DNA from: Anaerolinea sp. | Lineage (GTDB): Bacteria; Chloroflexota; Anaerolineae; Aggregatilineales; Phototrophicaceae | Reading direction: 5' to 3' | Length of the DNA: 59,746 nucleotides | Assembly: GCA_046719465.1 (NCBI GenBank) | Contig: JBDNCV010000001.1 | Span: 1 to 59,746 of the forward strand | Shown here: positions 22,451 through 31,695 of the stretch, one piece after another | Layout of the letters: the number at the start of each line of letters is the position of its first letter | How positions within the stretch are numbered: the first letter of the stretch is position 1 | Notes under the pieces: model-generated | Databases searched by the model: none | Told to the model about the DNA's origin: nothing | Seen by the model: the letters and a program-made list of their open reading frames with translations, nothing else | Position numbers and translations under genes: made by a program

Positions 22451-23830
22451 ATGGGGAACCTGAAGCCGCTAAAACCACCGAGCAGCCAGCCGAACGATCC
22501 TAACGCGCGATCTGGCGTAGACAGCCGCACTCGCATCGCAGCGCCAACGGCGGAGACACCGTGGCTGCCGCCTCCGCTGGCCAAGATAGAGGATACGGGT
22601 TTGACGCGCTCGCAGTTGGAAGGGCTGGTGCTGAAGCTGATGTTCTTCCGTACCGAGATGATCGGACGGGATATCGCTGAGACCGTTAAGCTGCCGTTTG
22701 CGGGTATTGTGGAGAATGTGCTTGAATCCTTGCGCCGCGACAAATGCCTCGACGTGATGGCCTCGGCCGGCTACACCGAGTCGCAGTATCGCTACGTCAT
22801 CACTAGCAAGGGCAATGAGCGCGCGCAGGAACAGCTTGAACGCGGCACATACACTGGCCCATGCCCTGTGCCGTTGGAGAGCTACATTGCGTCGATCAAG
22901 GAACAGAACAAGGCGCGCCGCAAAATCCGCGAGGAGGATATGCTGCGCGTGCTTGAGAACTTGATTGTGGACAAGGAGATGCTCGACAAGATTGGCCCGG
23001 CGGCCAACTCTGGCACGTCGATCTTCCTCTATGGGCCGCCCGGCAACGGCAAGACGACGTTGAGCGAGGCCATTGGCCGCGTCATCCTCGGCGATGATAT
23101 GTGGATCCCGTATGCGGTGGATGTTGATGGGCAGGTCATTCAAATTTACGACCCCGTGAACCATCAGCTTTCGGACGATCAAACACCGATCAAGTATGGA
23201 ACGGGGGCGTATGCTGACCAGCGCTGGATTCGCATCAAGCGCCCGATCATCATCGTGGGCGGTGAGCTGACGATGGACGGCCTCGACCTAACCTATGACC
23301 CGATCAACAAGTTCTACGAAGCGCCGTATCAGGTCAAGGCGAACGGCGGCATGTTCCTCATCGACGACTTTGGCCGCCAGCAAGTCAGCCCGAAGCAGCT
23401 TCTGAACCGTTGGATTGTCCCGTTGGAGAAGAAGTACGACTATCTGACGTTGGCCAATGGGCGCAAGATCGAAATCCCGTTCAACGTGATGATTATCTTC
23501 TCAACCAACATGGACCCGCGCGACTTGGTGGACGATGCCTTCCTGCGCCGCATCAAGTACAAGATCGAGGTGGGCAACCCCACACCGGAGCAGTTCCGCG
23601 CGTTGTTTGAGCTGATGTGCCGCCTGCGCAACGTGCCGTTCAACGAGCAGGGCTTCGCGTATCTCATCCGTGAGTGGTATCAGAAGTACAACCGTGACCT
23701 GCGCTTCGTGCACCCGCGCGACCTCATCAGCCAAATGCGCGACATCGCGGATTACATGGGGATTGCGCCGACTATGGGGAACAAGGAGCTGTTGGATCGA
23801 GCCGCTGCTTCCTACTTTGTCGAATTGTAG
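22451..23830 (+). CDS. AAA+ ATPase of unknown function with an N-terminal winged-helix-like region
   Basis: Walker A GPPGNGKT, Walker B MFLIDDFG, sensor FSTN and arginine finger DAFLRR. GAGGAG RBS before ATG 22451. Confidence 0.85.
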   Translation: MGNLKPLKPPSSQPNDPNARSGVDSRTRIAAPTAETPWLPPPLAKIEDTGLTRSQLEGLVLKLMFFRTEMIGRDIAETVKLPFAGIVENVLESLRRDKCLDVMASAGYTESQYRYVITSKGNERAQEQLERGTYTGPCPVPLESYIASIKEQNKARRKIREEDMLRVLENLIVDKEMLDKIGPAANSGTSIFLYGPPGNGKTTLSEAIGRVILGDDMWIPYAVDVDGQVIQIYDPVNHQLSDDQTPIKYGTGAYADQRWIRIKRPIIIVGGELTMDGLDLTYDPINKFYEAPYQVKANGGMFLIDDFGRQQVSPKQLLNRWIVPLEKKYDYLTLANGRKIEIPFNVMIIFSTNMDPRDLVDDAFLRRIKYKIEVGNPTPEQFRALFELMCRLRNVPFNEQGFAYLIREWYQKYNRDLRFVHPRDLISQMRDIADYMGIAPTMGNKELLDRAAASYFVEL

Positions 23831-23845
23831 CGAAGCGTGGGTGGG

Positions 23846-24208
23846 ATGAGTTTGCCACTGTATGGCGAGGACGCGGTCTTGGCCGTGTCGGAGGCTGCCG
23901 AGCGCGAGGCGCTGACGGCGCTGCTGCAAGCGGAGGGCGTCACCGTCTATCAGGCGGCGACAGGGCGGGAGGTGATCTACATGATTGAGGATCACATGCC
24001 CCGCCTGTTGATCGTCGATGTGCGCCTGCCAGACGTACACGCGTGGCGCTTGCTGGCCTCGATTGCGGAACTGCGCCTCAACCCGCAGCCCGCCATCATT
24101 GTCCTTTCAGATGAGCCGATCACCGCGCCGCAGCAGTTTGTGCGGTTGGTGGTGCGGCCTGTCTCTACAACGACGCTCAAGCAGATCATTCGCGAGTGCG
24201 CTGTCTGA
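23846..24208 (+). CDS. Single-domain atypical response regulator receiver
   Basis: Receiver pattern A.TG.E...P.LLIVD..LPD and IIVLS. The conserved Lys is replaced by Arg (VVRP). Confidence 0.75.
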   Translation: MSLPLYGEDAVLAVSEAAEREALTALLQAEGVTVYQAATGREVIYMIEDHMPRLLIVDVRLPDVHAWRLLASIAELRLNPQPAIIVLSDEPITAPQQFVRLVVRPVSTTTLKQIIRECAV

Positions 24209-24224
24209 GCGGCAGGGTACAGAG

Positions 24225-25235
24225 ATGATCCTCGTTACGGGCGGCACGGGATTCCTCGGCAGACACTTGGTGGCGGCGCTTTGCCGCCGGGGGTACACCC
24301 TGCGCGTTCTAACGCGCGACCCGCAGCGGGCGGCGTGGCTGCGCACATATCCGCGCGTGGAGCCGATCGTGGGCGATCTTCAGCGGCCTGAGACGCTGCA
24401 TGGCGTGGCGGAGGGGTGTCAGCAGGTGATCCATGCGGCGGGGCTGTTCAGCATGTGGAGCGGGGCAGGCAACTTCCACGCGACCAACGTGCAGGGCACT
24501 GCCGAGATAGTTGAGGAGAGCCTGCGCGCGGGCGTCGAGCGTTTCTTACACGTCTCCACGATTGCCGTGGTGGGCAGGCCGCTGCCCGGGCGCATCATCG
24601 ACGAGCTGCACCCCACCGACCCGCAAGACGACTATCAAAAGAGCAAGCTGGCCGCTGAGCAGATTATCCTGCAAGCGGTGACGCGCGGCCTGCCCGCGGT
24701 GGTGGTGCGCCCGGGGGCGTTCTATGGGCCGCTGGGCAACTATGCGTTTAATCGCCTGTTCTTTGTCGATCCCATGCGCGGCATCATCATGCAGATGGAC
24801 GGCGGACGCTACATCATTTTCCCAGCGTATATCCAAGATGTGGCTGAGGGGATCGTGCTGGCGCTGGAGAAAGGGCGCGTGGGCGAGGTGTACAACCTGT
24901 GCGGCGAGTGCCTGAGCCATCGCGCGGCGTTCGATGTGGTGGTGCGCGAGGCGGGGCTGTGGTTCCCACGGTTGAACATCCCGCGCGTGATCGGCTTGAA
25001 CTTCGCGCGGCTGCTCACTAGCATCGCACGCATCACCCAGCGCGAGCCGTTCTACCCGATCGGCCTGCGGTCGTATGTGTTTAACGATTGGGTGGTGAGC
25101 AGCGCCAAAGCCGAGCGCGAGTTGGGCTTTCAGCCCACGCCGTTCGCCGAGGGTGTGCGCCGGACGATTGCGTGGTACCGCGCAGGCCGCCCAACCGACA
25201 TCGCCGAGGTGCGCTGCGAGACGGCTGACCTATAA
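24225..25235 (+). CDS. NAD-dependent epimerase/dehydratase (extended SDR, DFR/HpnA-like)
   Basis: ILVTGGTGFLG, IHAAG, NV.GT, YQKSK (YxxxK) and VRPG.FYGP. Confidence 0.9.
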   Translation: MILVTGGTGFLGRHLVAALCRRGYTLRVLTRDPQRAAWLRTYPRVEPIVGDLQRPETLHGVAEGCQQVIHAAGLFSMWSGAGNFHATNVQGTAEIVEESLRAGVERFLHVSTIAVVGRPLPGRIIDELHPTDPQDDYQKSKLAAEQIILQAVTRGLPAVVVRPGAFYGPLGNYAFNRLFFVDPMRGIIMQMDGGRYIIFPAYIQDVAEGIVLALEKGRVGEVYNLCGECLSHRAAFDVVVREAGLWFPRLNIPRVIGLNFARLLTSIARITQREPFYPIGLRSYVFNDWVVSSAKAERELGFQPTPFAEGVRRTIAWYRAGRPTDIAEVRCETADL

Positions 25236-25297
25236 TTTAGCGCCGACATCAGGTATGCTTGTGGGCACGATGGTTGCCTTGAACAGATGGTCACCCT

Positions 25298-26563
25298 ATG
25301 TTTGTCGATGAAGCGAAGATTTTGGTCAAGAGCGGCGACGGCGGCGACGGTATGATCGCCTTTCGCCGCGAGAAATACGTGCCGCACGGCGGCCCAGCCG
25401 GGGGCGACGGCGGCAAGGGTGGCGATGTAATCCTCAAAGTCAACCCGAATATCAACACGTTGGCCTTCTTCTACCATCAAAATCGCTTTCAGGCTGAGCG
25501 CGGCGGCAAGGGCGGCTCGTCCAACAAGACGGGCGCAAACGCCCCCGACCTTGAGATTGAAGTGCCCGCTGGAACGGTCGTGCGTGACGCCGACAGCGGC
25601 GAGCTGCTGGCGGATCTGACACGGGCAGGTGAGCGCTTCGTGGTGGCAAAGGGTGGGCGCGGTGGCAAGGGCAACTCGCGCTTTGTCACCTCGGCCAACC
25701 GTGCGCCGCGCATTGCCGAGAAGGGCGCGCCCGGCGAGGAGCGCTGGCTCAAGCTGGAGCTGAAGCTCATCGCCGATGTGGGGATCGTCGGTGTGCCTAA
25801 CGCGGGCAAGTCCACGTTTTTGTCGGTCGTGAGCAACGCCCGCCCCAAGATCGCCCCGTACCCGTTCACCACACTGGAGCCGAACCTCGGCGTGGTGATC
25901 TACGATCATCAAGACTTGGTGTTTGCGGACATCCCGGGCTTGATCGAAGGCGCGCATATGGGCGTTGGGCTGGGGCACTCGTTCCTGCGGCATGTCGCGC
26001 GCACTCGCGTTCTGATCCACCTGCTCAACGGCGAGTCAGATGATCCGGTGGCGGATTACAACCAGATCAACACGGAGCTGACGCTCTATGATGAGGCGCT
26101 GGCGCAGAAGCCGCAGATCGTCGTCCTCAACAAGCTGGACTTGCCTGAGGTGGCCGAGCGCTGGCCGCAGATCGAGGCGGCGCTAGCCAAGCGCGGCGTG
26201 CAAGCGTTGGCCATCAGCGCGATGACGCGGCAAGGTGTGCAGCAGGTGGTGCAGAGGGCATTTGAGGCGGTGGCGCAGCTCCCCGCGGAGCAGAACCCGC
26301 TCAACGATGAACTGCCGGTGTATGAGCTGCCAAGCGCGGAGCCGATCTTCACCATCGAGCGCGATTCGAGCGGCAGTTTCATCGTCAAGGGCAAGCGCAT
26401 CGAACGCGCCGCCGCGATGACCTATTGGGATCACGATGAGTCGCTGATGCGCTTCCAGAAGATCTTGGAGGTGCTGGGCATCACTGAGGCGCTTCAACAG
26501 GCCGGCGTGAAGGTGGGGGACACAGTTTTTATCGGCGACTTTGAATTGGAATGGTCGGATTAA
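25298..26563 (+). CDS. obgE: GTPase ObgE/CgtA with a C-terminal DUF1967-type domain
   Basis: MFVDE, glycine-rich Obg fold, G.PNAGKST, YPFTTL.P, DIPG.IEGA and NK.D. Confidence 0.97.
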   Translation: MFVDEAKILVKSGDGGDGMIAFRREKYVPHGGPAGGDGGKGGDVILKVNPNINTLAFFYHQNRFQAERGGKGGSSNKTGANAPDLEIEVPAGTVVRDADSGELLADLTRAGERFVVAKGGRGGKGNSRFVTSANRAPRIAEKGAPGEERWLKLELKLIADVGIVGVPNAGKSTFLSVVSNARPKIAPYPFTTLEPNLGVVIYDHQDLVFADIPGLIEGAHMGVGLGHSFLRHVARTRVLIHLLNGESDDPVADYNQINTELTLYDEALAQKPQIVVLNKLDLPEVAERWPQIEAALAKRGVQALAISAMTRQGVQQVVQRAFEAVAQLPAEQNPLNDELPVYELPSAEPIFTIERDSSGSFIVKGKRIERAAAMTYWDHDESLMRFQKILEVLGITEALQQAGVKVGDTVFIGDFELEWSD

Positions 26564-27169
26564 GTGCAGCGTATTGGTATTTTGGGGGGCACGTTTGACC
26601 CGCCACACATTGGCCACCTCATCCTCGCTGAGTATACGCTGGAAGCGCTGGGGCTTGATCGAGTGCTGTTCGTGCCTGTTGGCGACCACCCACACAAGGC
26701 GGCGCGCACGCGCAACGGCGTCCACCCGCGCGTGGCGATGCTGCGCTTGGCCGTGCAGGGTAACGACAAGTTCGAGGTATCTACGGTTGATATTGACCGC
26801 CCCGGGCCGCACTACAGCGCCGACACCGTGGCGATCATCCAATCGCAGTATCCAGAGGCATCGCTGCACTTTGTGATGGGGGCGGATAACCTGCGCACCT
26901 TGCCCACGTGGACGCGCGTGGTTGAGTTCTACCAAAGCTGCCGACTGGCGGTGATGCGGCGCGAGGGCGAGCAGGTCACGGCGGACATGCACGATCACCT
27001 GCTGCCGGGCCTCTCAGACAAGATCGACTTGATCGATCCACCCTTGTTGAGCGTGTGGTTGTCCTCTACAAGTGTGGTGGAGCGCATCCGGCAGGGGCGC
27101 AGCGTGCGCTATCTTGTGCCGGATGCCGTTCTCAACTACATTCATGAGCATAGGATTTACCAACCTTGA
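26564..27169 (+). CDS. nadD: Nicotinate-nucleotide adenylyltransferase
   Basis: GGTFDPPHIGH, MGAD.L...W and SST. Confidence 0.95.
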   Translation: MQRIGILGGTFDPPHIGHLILAEYTLEALGLDRVLFVPVGDHPHKAARTRNGVHPRVAMLRLAVQGNDKFEVSTVDIDRPGPHYSADTVAIIQSQYPEASLHFVMGADNLRTLPTWTRVVEFYQSCRLAVMRREGEQVTADMHDHLLPGLSDKIDLIDPPLLSVWLSSTSVVERIRQGRSVRYLVPDAVLNYIHEHRIYQP

Positions 27170-28890
27170 AGAAACATCTGTTTCTGATTGTGGCCTGTAT
27201 GGTGGTGGGATGGGGAACGCTGCTGGCGCAGCAGCCCGCGCCAACGCTCGTCCCGCCAACGCTGGTTCCTACCCCCGTTCGTCCGATTCTTGACACTGTG
27301 CCGACGGAATCGGCGATTGCGCGCATTGTGCGCGATGGACGGGTGCGCGTGGGGGTGCTGTTTAATGAACCCCCGTTCGGCGAACTCACTGTGCGCGATG
27401 AGGTGCGCGGCTTTGACGCCGATCTCGCGCGCAAGATGGCCGAGCTGTGGGGCGTAGAGGTCGTGTTTGTGCAGGTGACGCGCCAAAACGGGCTGGACAT
27501 GGTGCGCAGCGGCGCGATTGACCTGCTCATGGGCGCACAGGTGCGCCGCCGTGAACTCGACGCGCTGGTGGAGTTCAGCCTGCCGTATCGCATCAGTCGG
27601 CAGGCGGTCATGGTGCGCAACGATGACCCCGCAGAGAACATCTTCAACCTGACCAATCGCACGCTGGGCTTCGTGTTGGGCACGCCGAGCGAGCAGGCGC
27701 TGCTCCGATGGCAGGCGCGCACAGGTATTACGCTCAACACGCAGCCCTATCTCACGCTTGACCTTGCCTTGAGCGCGCTGTTCGCTGGCGAAGTGGACGG
27801 GATCGTTGGGCGGGTGGAAGATCTGCTGCGCGTGGCGGCGGATCAGGTGTTCAGCGCGCGCGTGCTGGAGGACGTGATCGAGCCGGAGCCGTTCGCCATC
27901 GCCATGCAGCGGCAGGATGTAAACCTGCGGAATCTGGTAGATCGCACGCTGCAATATCTCAACACATCACCTTCAGCGCCCGGCAGCGGCACGTTCTTAG
28001 AGAGCCTCTACGCGACTTACTTCGGCGGGCAAGCGATTGCTGTGGACACGCTGCCGATCTACGACAACGTCGGCGAGAACGCGCCCCGTCCGGAGCAGTT
28101 CGGGCAGGATATTCGGTTCCCTGCGCAGTATGCGCTGCCGCGCATGCTGCAAGAGCGGGTCGTGCGCGTGGCGGGGCTGTTCCCACCGGCGGAGGGCGCG
28201 TCGGACGCGGATCGCCGCGTGTATGAGGTGAATCGTCAGCTCGTCGAGACGATAGCAGCGCGCTGGGGGATGCGCGTGGAACTTGTCGAGGGGGGCGATG
28301 TGTTCGAGCTGTTGGAGTTGGGCTTGGCGGATATGGCCGTCGGCGTCACGCTCGATTGGAACTACGCCAACCGCGTCGACTTCAGCCAGCCCTACGCCTT
28401 CTTTGGGGATCGGCTGATGATCAAGGCACGCAGCACGATTCGCGGGTTTAACGACCTGCGTGGGCGCTGGGTGGGCATCATGAGCAACGACCCGGGCGCG
28501 CAAGAGCGCGCGCAGGCGTGGGCCAGCAGCATCAACGCGACTGTGCGCTTTTACACGACGACCGAGCAGAGCGCGGCTGATGCTATGCTGCGCGAGAACA
28601 ACGCCGACGTGGTCTACGGCACAAGCTTGAAGCTGCTCCAGCATTTGGCCGCCAACCCCAACGAGCTGAGCTTGACGGATCGTTGGTACAGCCGCCGCTA
28701 CCTAGCGTTCGCCGTCCCGCGCAACGACATCGACAAGCGCCTGCTGATCGACTACACGCTGCAAGAGCTGGTGGAAGAAGGAACGCTCAACACACTGATC
28801 GCGCCGTTGATGCCGCCCGGGAGTGAGATGCCTCAGTTTTTGATGCTGCCCGGGCGCGATGAGTACTTCGGCCTCAAGCTCAGCCGTTGA
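27166..28890 (+). CDS. Secreted protein with two tandem family-3 (amino-acid-type) solute-binding domains
   Basis: Signal peptide and Pro/Thr linker, then two repeats of the R..G.VRVG / GFD.DL / G..DL / VDFS.PY / FAV.R.D pattern. TTG start overlaps nadD. Confidence 0.85.
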   Translation: MKKHLFLIVACMVVGWGTLLAQQPAPTLVPPTLVPTPVRPILDTVPTESAIARIVRDGRVRVGVLFNEPPFGELTVRDEVRGFDADLARKMAELWGVEVVFVQVTRQNGLDMVRSGAIDLLMGAQVRRRELDALVEFSLPYRISRQAVMVRNDDPAENIFNLTNRTLGFVLGTPSEQALLRWQARTGITLNTQPYLTLDLALSALFAGEVDGIVGRVEDLLRVAADQVFSARVLEDVIEPEPFAIAMQRQDVNLRNLVDRTLQYLNTSPSAPGSGTFLESLYATYFGGQAIAVDTLPIYDNVGENAPRPEQFGQDIRFPAQYALPRMLQERVVRVAGLFPPAEGASDADRRVYEVNRQLVETIAARWGMRVELVEGGDVFELLELGLADMAVGVTLDWNYANRVDFSQPYAFFGDRLMIKARSTIRGFNDLRGRWVGIMSNDPGAQERAQAWASSINATVRFYTTTEQSAADAMLRENNADVVYGTSLKLLQHLAANPNELSLTDRWYSRRYLAFAVPRNDIDKRLLIDYTLQELVEEGTLNTLIAPLMPPGSEMPQFLMLPGRDEYFGLKLSR

Positions 28891-29813
28891 AGCCATGATG
28901 GCTGCTGTGGGGTGGAGGCTGGCTGGCTGCGGGCGGTGCTGATGACCAGCACGCCCACGACAATGATCATCCCGCCTGCGACTGTTCCGAGTGTCGGGAC
29001 TTCTTGAAACAAGAAGTACGCCAAGATTGCGGTCGTCAGCACGCCAACTTGAGCGCTGACCGCTGCCAAAGTCGCTGAAACACCCACCAGCGCGAAGTTG
29101 AACGACGCATGGCCGATGAGCGTGGGGAAGATCGTCACCATGACGATCCAGAAATAGGCGGCATCCGTGTAGCCGGTCACCGGCAGGCCGCGCGCGATCA
29201 CTACGACCAATGCGATGAGCGTGCCTACGCCGAACAGAAGCCAAATATACGGCAGGAACGACACTTTTTGCCGTGTGGAGCGCCCCATGACGATGTAGAC
29301 GGCAGCGAGACAGGCGCTGATGACGGCCATGACGTTGCCGAGCAGCATGTTGGGGCCGCCGATGGCTGTGCCTTGCAGGGCGCTGTAGAGCAGCAGCACG
29401 CCGCTCCCCGCCAGCGCAATCCCTAATCCCCACCACACCTGCGGCGCAAAGCGTGCCCGCAGCACGAACACCTCCAAGAGTGCCACCCACACCGGCCCCG
29501 TGTTCACCAGCACCTGATTAAAGACAATCGTCGTGTGTTGAAGCGATTCGACGACGAACAGCAGATGGCCGGTCATGAAGACCCCCGCTAACAAGGTGTG
29601 CCGGATGTCGCGGCGTGTCAGCGCGCGCAGCTCATGGCGATGACGGATCCACACAAACGGGGTAAGCACGAGCGTTGCCAGCGCTAACCGGATGAAGATC
29701 ATCACCTCAGTGGGCATCCCGTTCAGTTGGGTGAGGCGCAGCGTGGGCGAGCCGAGCGTAAACCCGACCAGTGCAACGACGAGGGCGATATGAGGCCATG
29801 AGAGAGCGGGCAT
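28833..29813 (-). CDS. DMT/EamA family transporter
   Basis: About 10 hydrophobic segments, the R...A motif, IFPTLIGH..FN; paralogous to the next gene. Confidence 0.88.
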   Translation of the reverse strand: MPALSWPHIALVVALVGFTLGSPTLRLTQLNGMPTEVMIFIRLALATLVLTPFVWIRHRHELRALTRRDIRHTLLAGVFMTGHLLFVVESLQHTTIVFNQVLVNTGPVWVALLEVFVLRARFAPQVWWGLGIALAGSGVLLLYSALQGTAIGGPNMLLGNVMAVISACLAAVYIVMGRSTRQKVSFLPYIWLLFGVGTLIALVVVIARGLPVTGYTDAAYFWIVMVTIFPTLIGHASFNFALVGVSATLAAVSAQVGVLTTAILAYFLFQEVPTLGTVAGGMIIVVGVLVISTARSQPASTPQQPSWLQRLSLRPKYSSRPGSIKN

Positions 29814-29821
29814 GAGGTGTG

Positions 29822-30769
29822 TTAAGTCCCTTCGGCTTGTTGTGGGGTGCGTTGGCCCAAGCTGGCGAGCATGACTCCGAACAGCAGCAGCGCGCTGCCC
29901 ACGATTTGCAGCGGCAGCGGCAGCTCTTGAAATAACACAAATGCGAGGATGGCGCTGCCGACCGGCTCAAGCTGGGTGATCATGCTCACGATGGTCGCGG
30001 GCAGATAGCCGACGGCGTAATTGAGCGAGCTGTGGCCGATCAACTGGGGGAAGATGGCGCAGCACAAGAGCCACACATAGGCCTCGAACGAGAAGCCGGT
30101 CACGGGCAGGCCAGCCCCCGCGATGCTCAGCGCCATGAACAGGCCGCCACAGCCGTAGACGAGCCAGATATACGGGATGACGGAGAGCTTGGCGCGCACC
30201 GAACGCCCCAGCACTAAGTAGATCGCCACCGCCACGGAACCAACGACCGCCAGCAAGATCCCCAGCAGTTGGCTGCCACCCTCGGTTGGCGTGTCGGCTC
30301 CGCCGCTGGCAAGCGCGATCATGACCCCTGCGCTGATGGCGATCACCAAACCAGTGAGCACCATGCGCCCGGGCTGTACACGGAACACCACCAATTCGAG
30401 GATTGCCACCCAGATGGGCGACGCAGTGACGATGACCGTGCTCACGAGGATCGACGTATGTTCGAGCGAGGAAATCCACGCCGCGAAGTGCAGCGCGAGG
30501 AAGAAGCCTGCCGCGAGCGCTTGCAGCAGGTCGCGGCGGTTGAGCTGGCGCAAGTCGAGCTGGTAGCGGCTGAGCACCAGCGGCGTGAGCAGGGCGGCGG
30601 CGATGAGCAGGCGCGCCCCGCCAATGACGATGGAGGACACGCCTTCAGCCTGCGCGTAACGGATGAAGATCGATGATGAGGCCATGGCGAACACGCCCGC
30701 CGTCAACACCAACAGCAAGTTGGCCGGGTAGCGGGGCCGCGCCATTGAACTAGACGCCTGCTGTGACAT
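29822..30769 (-). CDS. DMT/EamA family transporter
   Basis: LALHFAAWISSL.HTS, PQLIGHSSLNYA and LEPV. Start at ATG 30769. Confidence 0.9.
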   Translation of the reverse strand: MSQQASSSMARPRYPANLLLVLTAGVFAMASSSIFIRYAQAEGVSSIVIGGARLLIAAALLTPLVLSRYQLDLRQLNRRDLLQALAAGFFLALHFAAWISSLEHTSILVSTVIVTASPIWVAILELVVFRVQPGRMVLTGLVIAISAGVMIALASGGADTPTEGGSQLLGILLAVVGSVAVAIYLVLGRSVRAKLSVIPYIWLVYGCGGLFMALSIAGAGLPVTGFSFEAYVWLLCCAIFPQLIGHSSLNYAVGYLPATIVSMITQLEPVGSAILAFVLFQELPLPLQIVGSALLLFGVMLASLGQRTPQQAEGT

Positions 30770-30953
30770 ACAAAGAAACTCCCAGAGGTGACAAGCGCCA
30801 GTATAGCCGTGTTGTTGGTTTGTCACCAGTGAGGGGTTAAGGCCACCACCGAGTCCATTCTTTAACTGCTTTCTTATGCACAGCGGTTACCATGAAAAAT
30901 AGCGCTGTGCGCTGCACAGGGCACATTTTGTTCATCACCACGAGGAGAGAACT

Positions 30954-31565
30954 ATGGCTTTCGAACTAGCGCCCCTGCCGTACCCGTCGAACGCATTGGA
31001 ACCGTACATCGACCAGCAAACGATGGAGATTCATCACGGCAAGCACCACAAGACCTATATTGACAACCTTAACGCCGCTATTGCGGGGACGGAATGGGAA
31101 TCCAAAACCATTGAGGAGATCATCACCCACCTTGACCAAGTGCCCGGCGAGAAGAAGGCTGCCATCCAGAACAACGGCGGTGGCCACTACAACCATACGC
31201 TGTTCTGGGGCATTATGGGGCCGAACAAAGGCGGCGCGCCGACGGGCGAGCTGGCTGAAGCCATCAACAACGCCTTCGGCAGCTATGACGCTTTCAAGGA
31301 GCAGTTCACCAACGCAGCCAAAGGACGCTTTGGCAGCGGCTGGGCGTGGCTCGTCGTCAGCAAGGATGGCAGCCTCTCGATCACCAGCACGCCCAACCAA
31401 GACAACCCACTGATGACCGGCGGCGGCACGCCCATCCTCGGCTTGGATGTGTGGGAACACGCCTACTACCTGAAATACCAGAACCGTCGCCCAGACTACA
31501 TCGCGGCGTTCTTCAACGTCATCGACTGGGACAAAGTGGCAGAGCTGTACGCGGCTGCCAAGTAA
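30954..31565 (+). CDS. sodA: Superoxide dismutase, Mn-type signature
   Basis: [21 protein letters not shown] and DVWEHAYYL. The GGG and Q-D residues are Mn-type. Confidence 0.95.
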   Translation: MAFELAPLPYPSNALEPYIDQQTMEIHHGKHHKTYIDNLNAAIAGTEWESKTIEEIITHLDQVPGEKKAAIQNNGGGHYNHTLFWGIMGPNKGGAPTGELAEAINNAFGSYDAFKEQFTNAAKGRFGSGWAWLVVSKDGSLSITSTPNQDNPLMTGGGTPILGLDVWEHAYYLKYQNRRPDYIAAFFNVIDWDKVAELYAAAK

Positions 31566-31586
31566 GGCGTCAGTACGGACGACATG

Positions 31587-31616
31587 GGCGCACCATGCAG
31601 ATGGTGCGCCTTTTTT
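31587..31616 (+). terminator. Rho-independent terminator after sodA
   Basis: GGCGCACCAT-GCAG-ATGGTGCGCC followed by T6. Confidence 0.9.
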
Positions 31617-31695
31617 GTGACATTTGGCATGCCCCTTTTAGGCCTGAATTTGGCATAATGAGGCCGTTTGAGTGACGTTTGAAGGAGCGTTTGTG

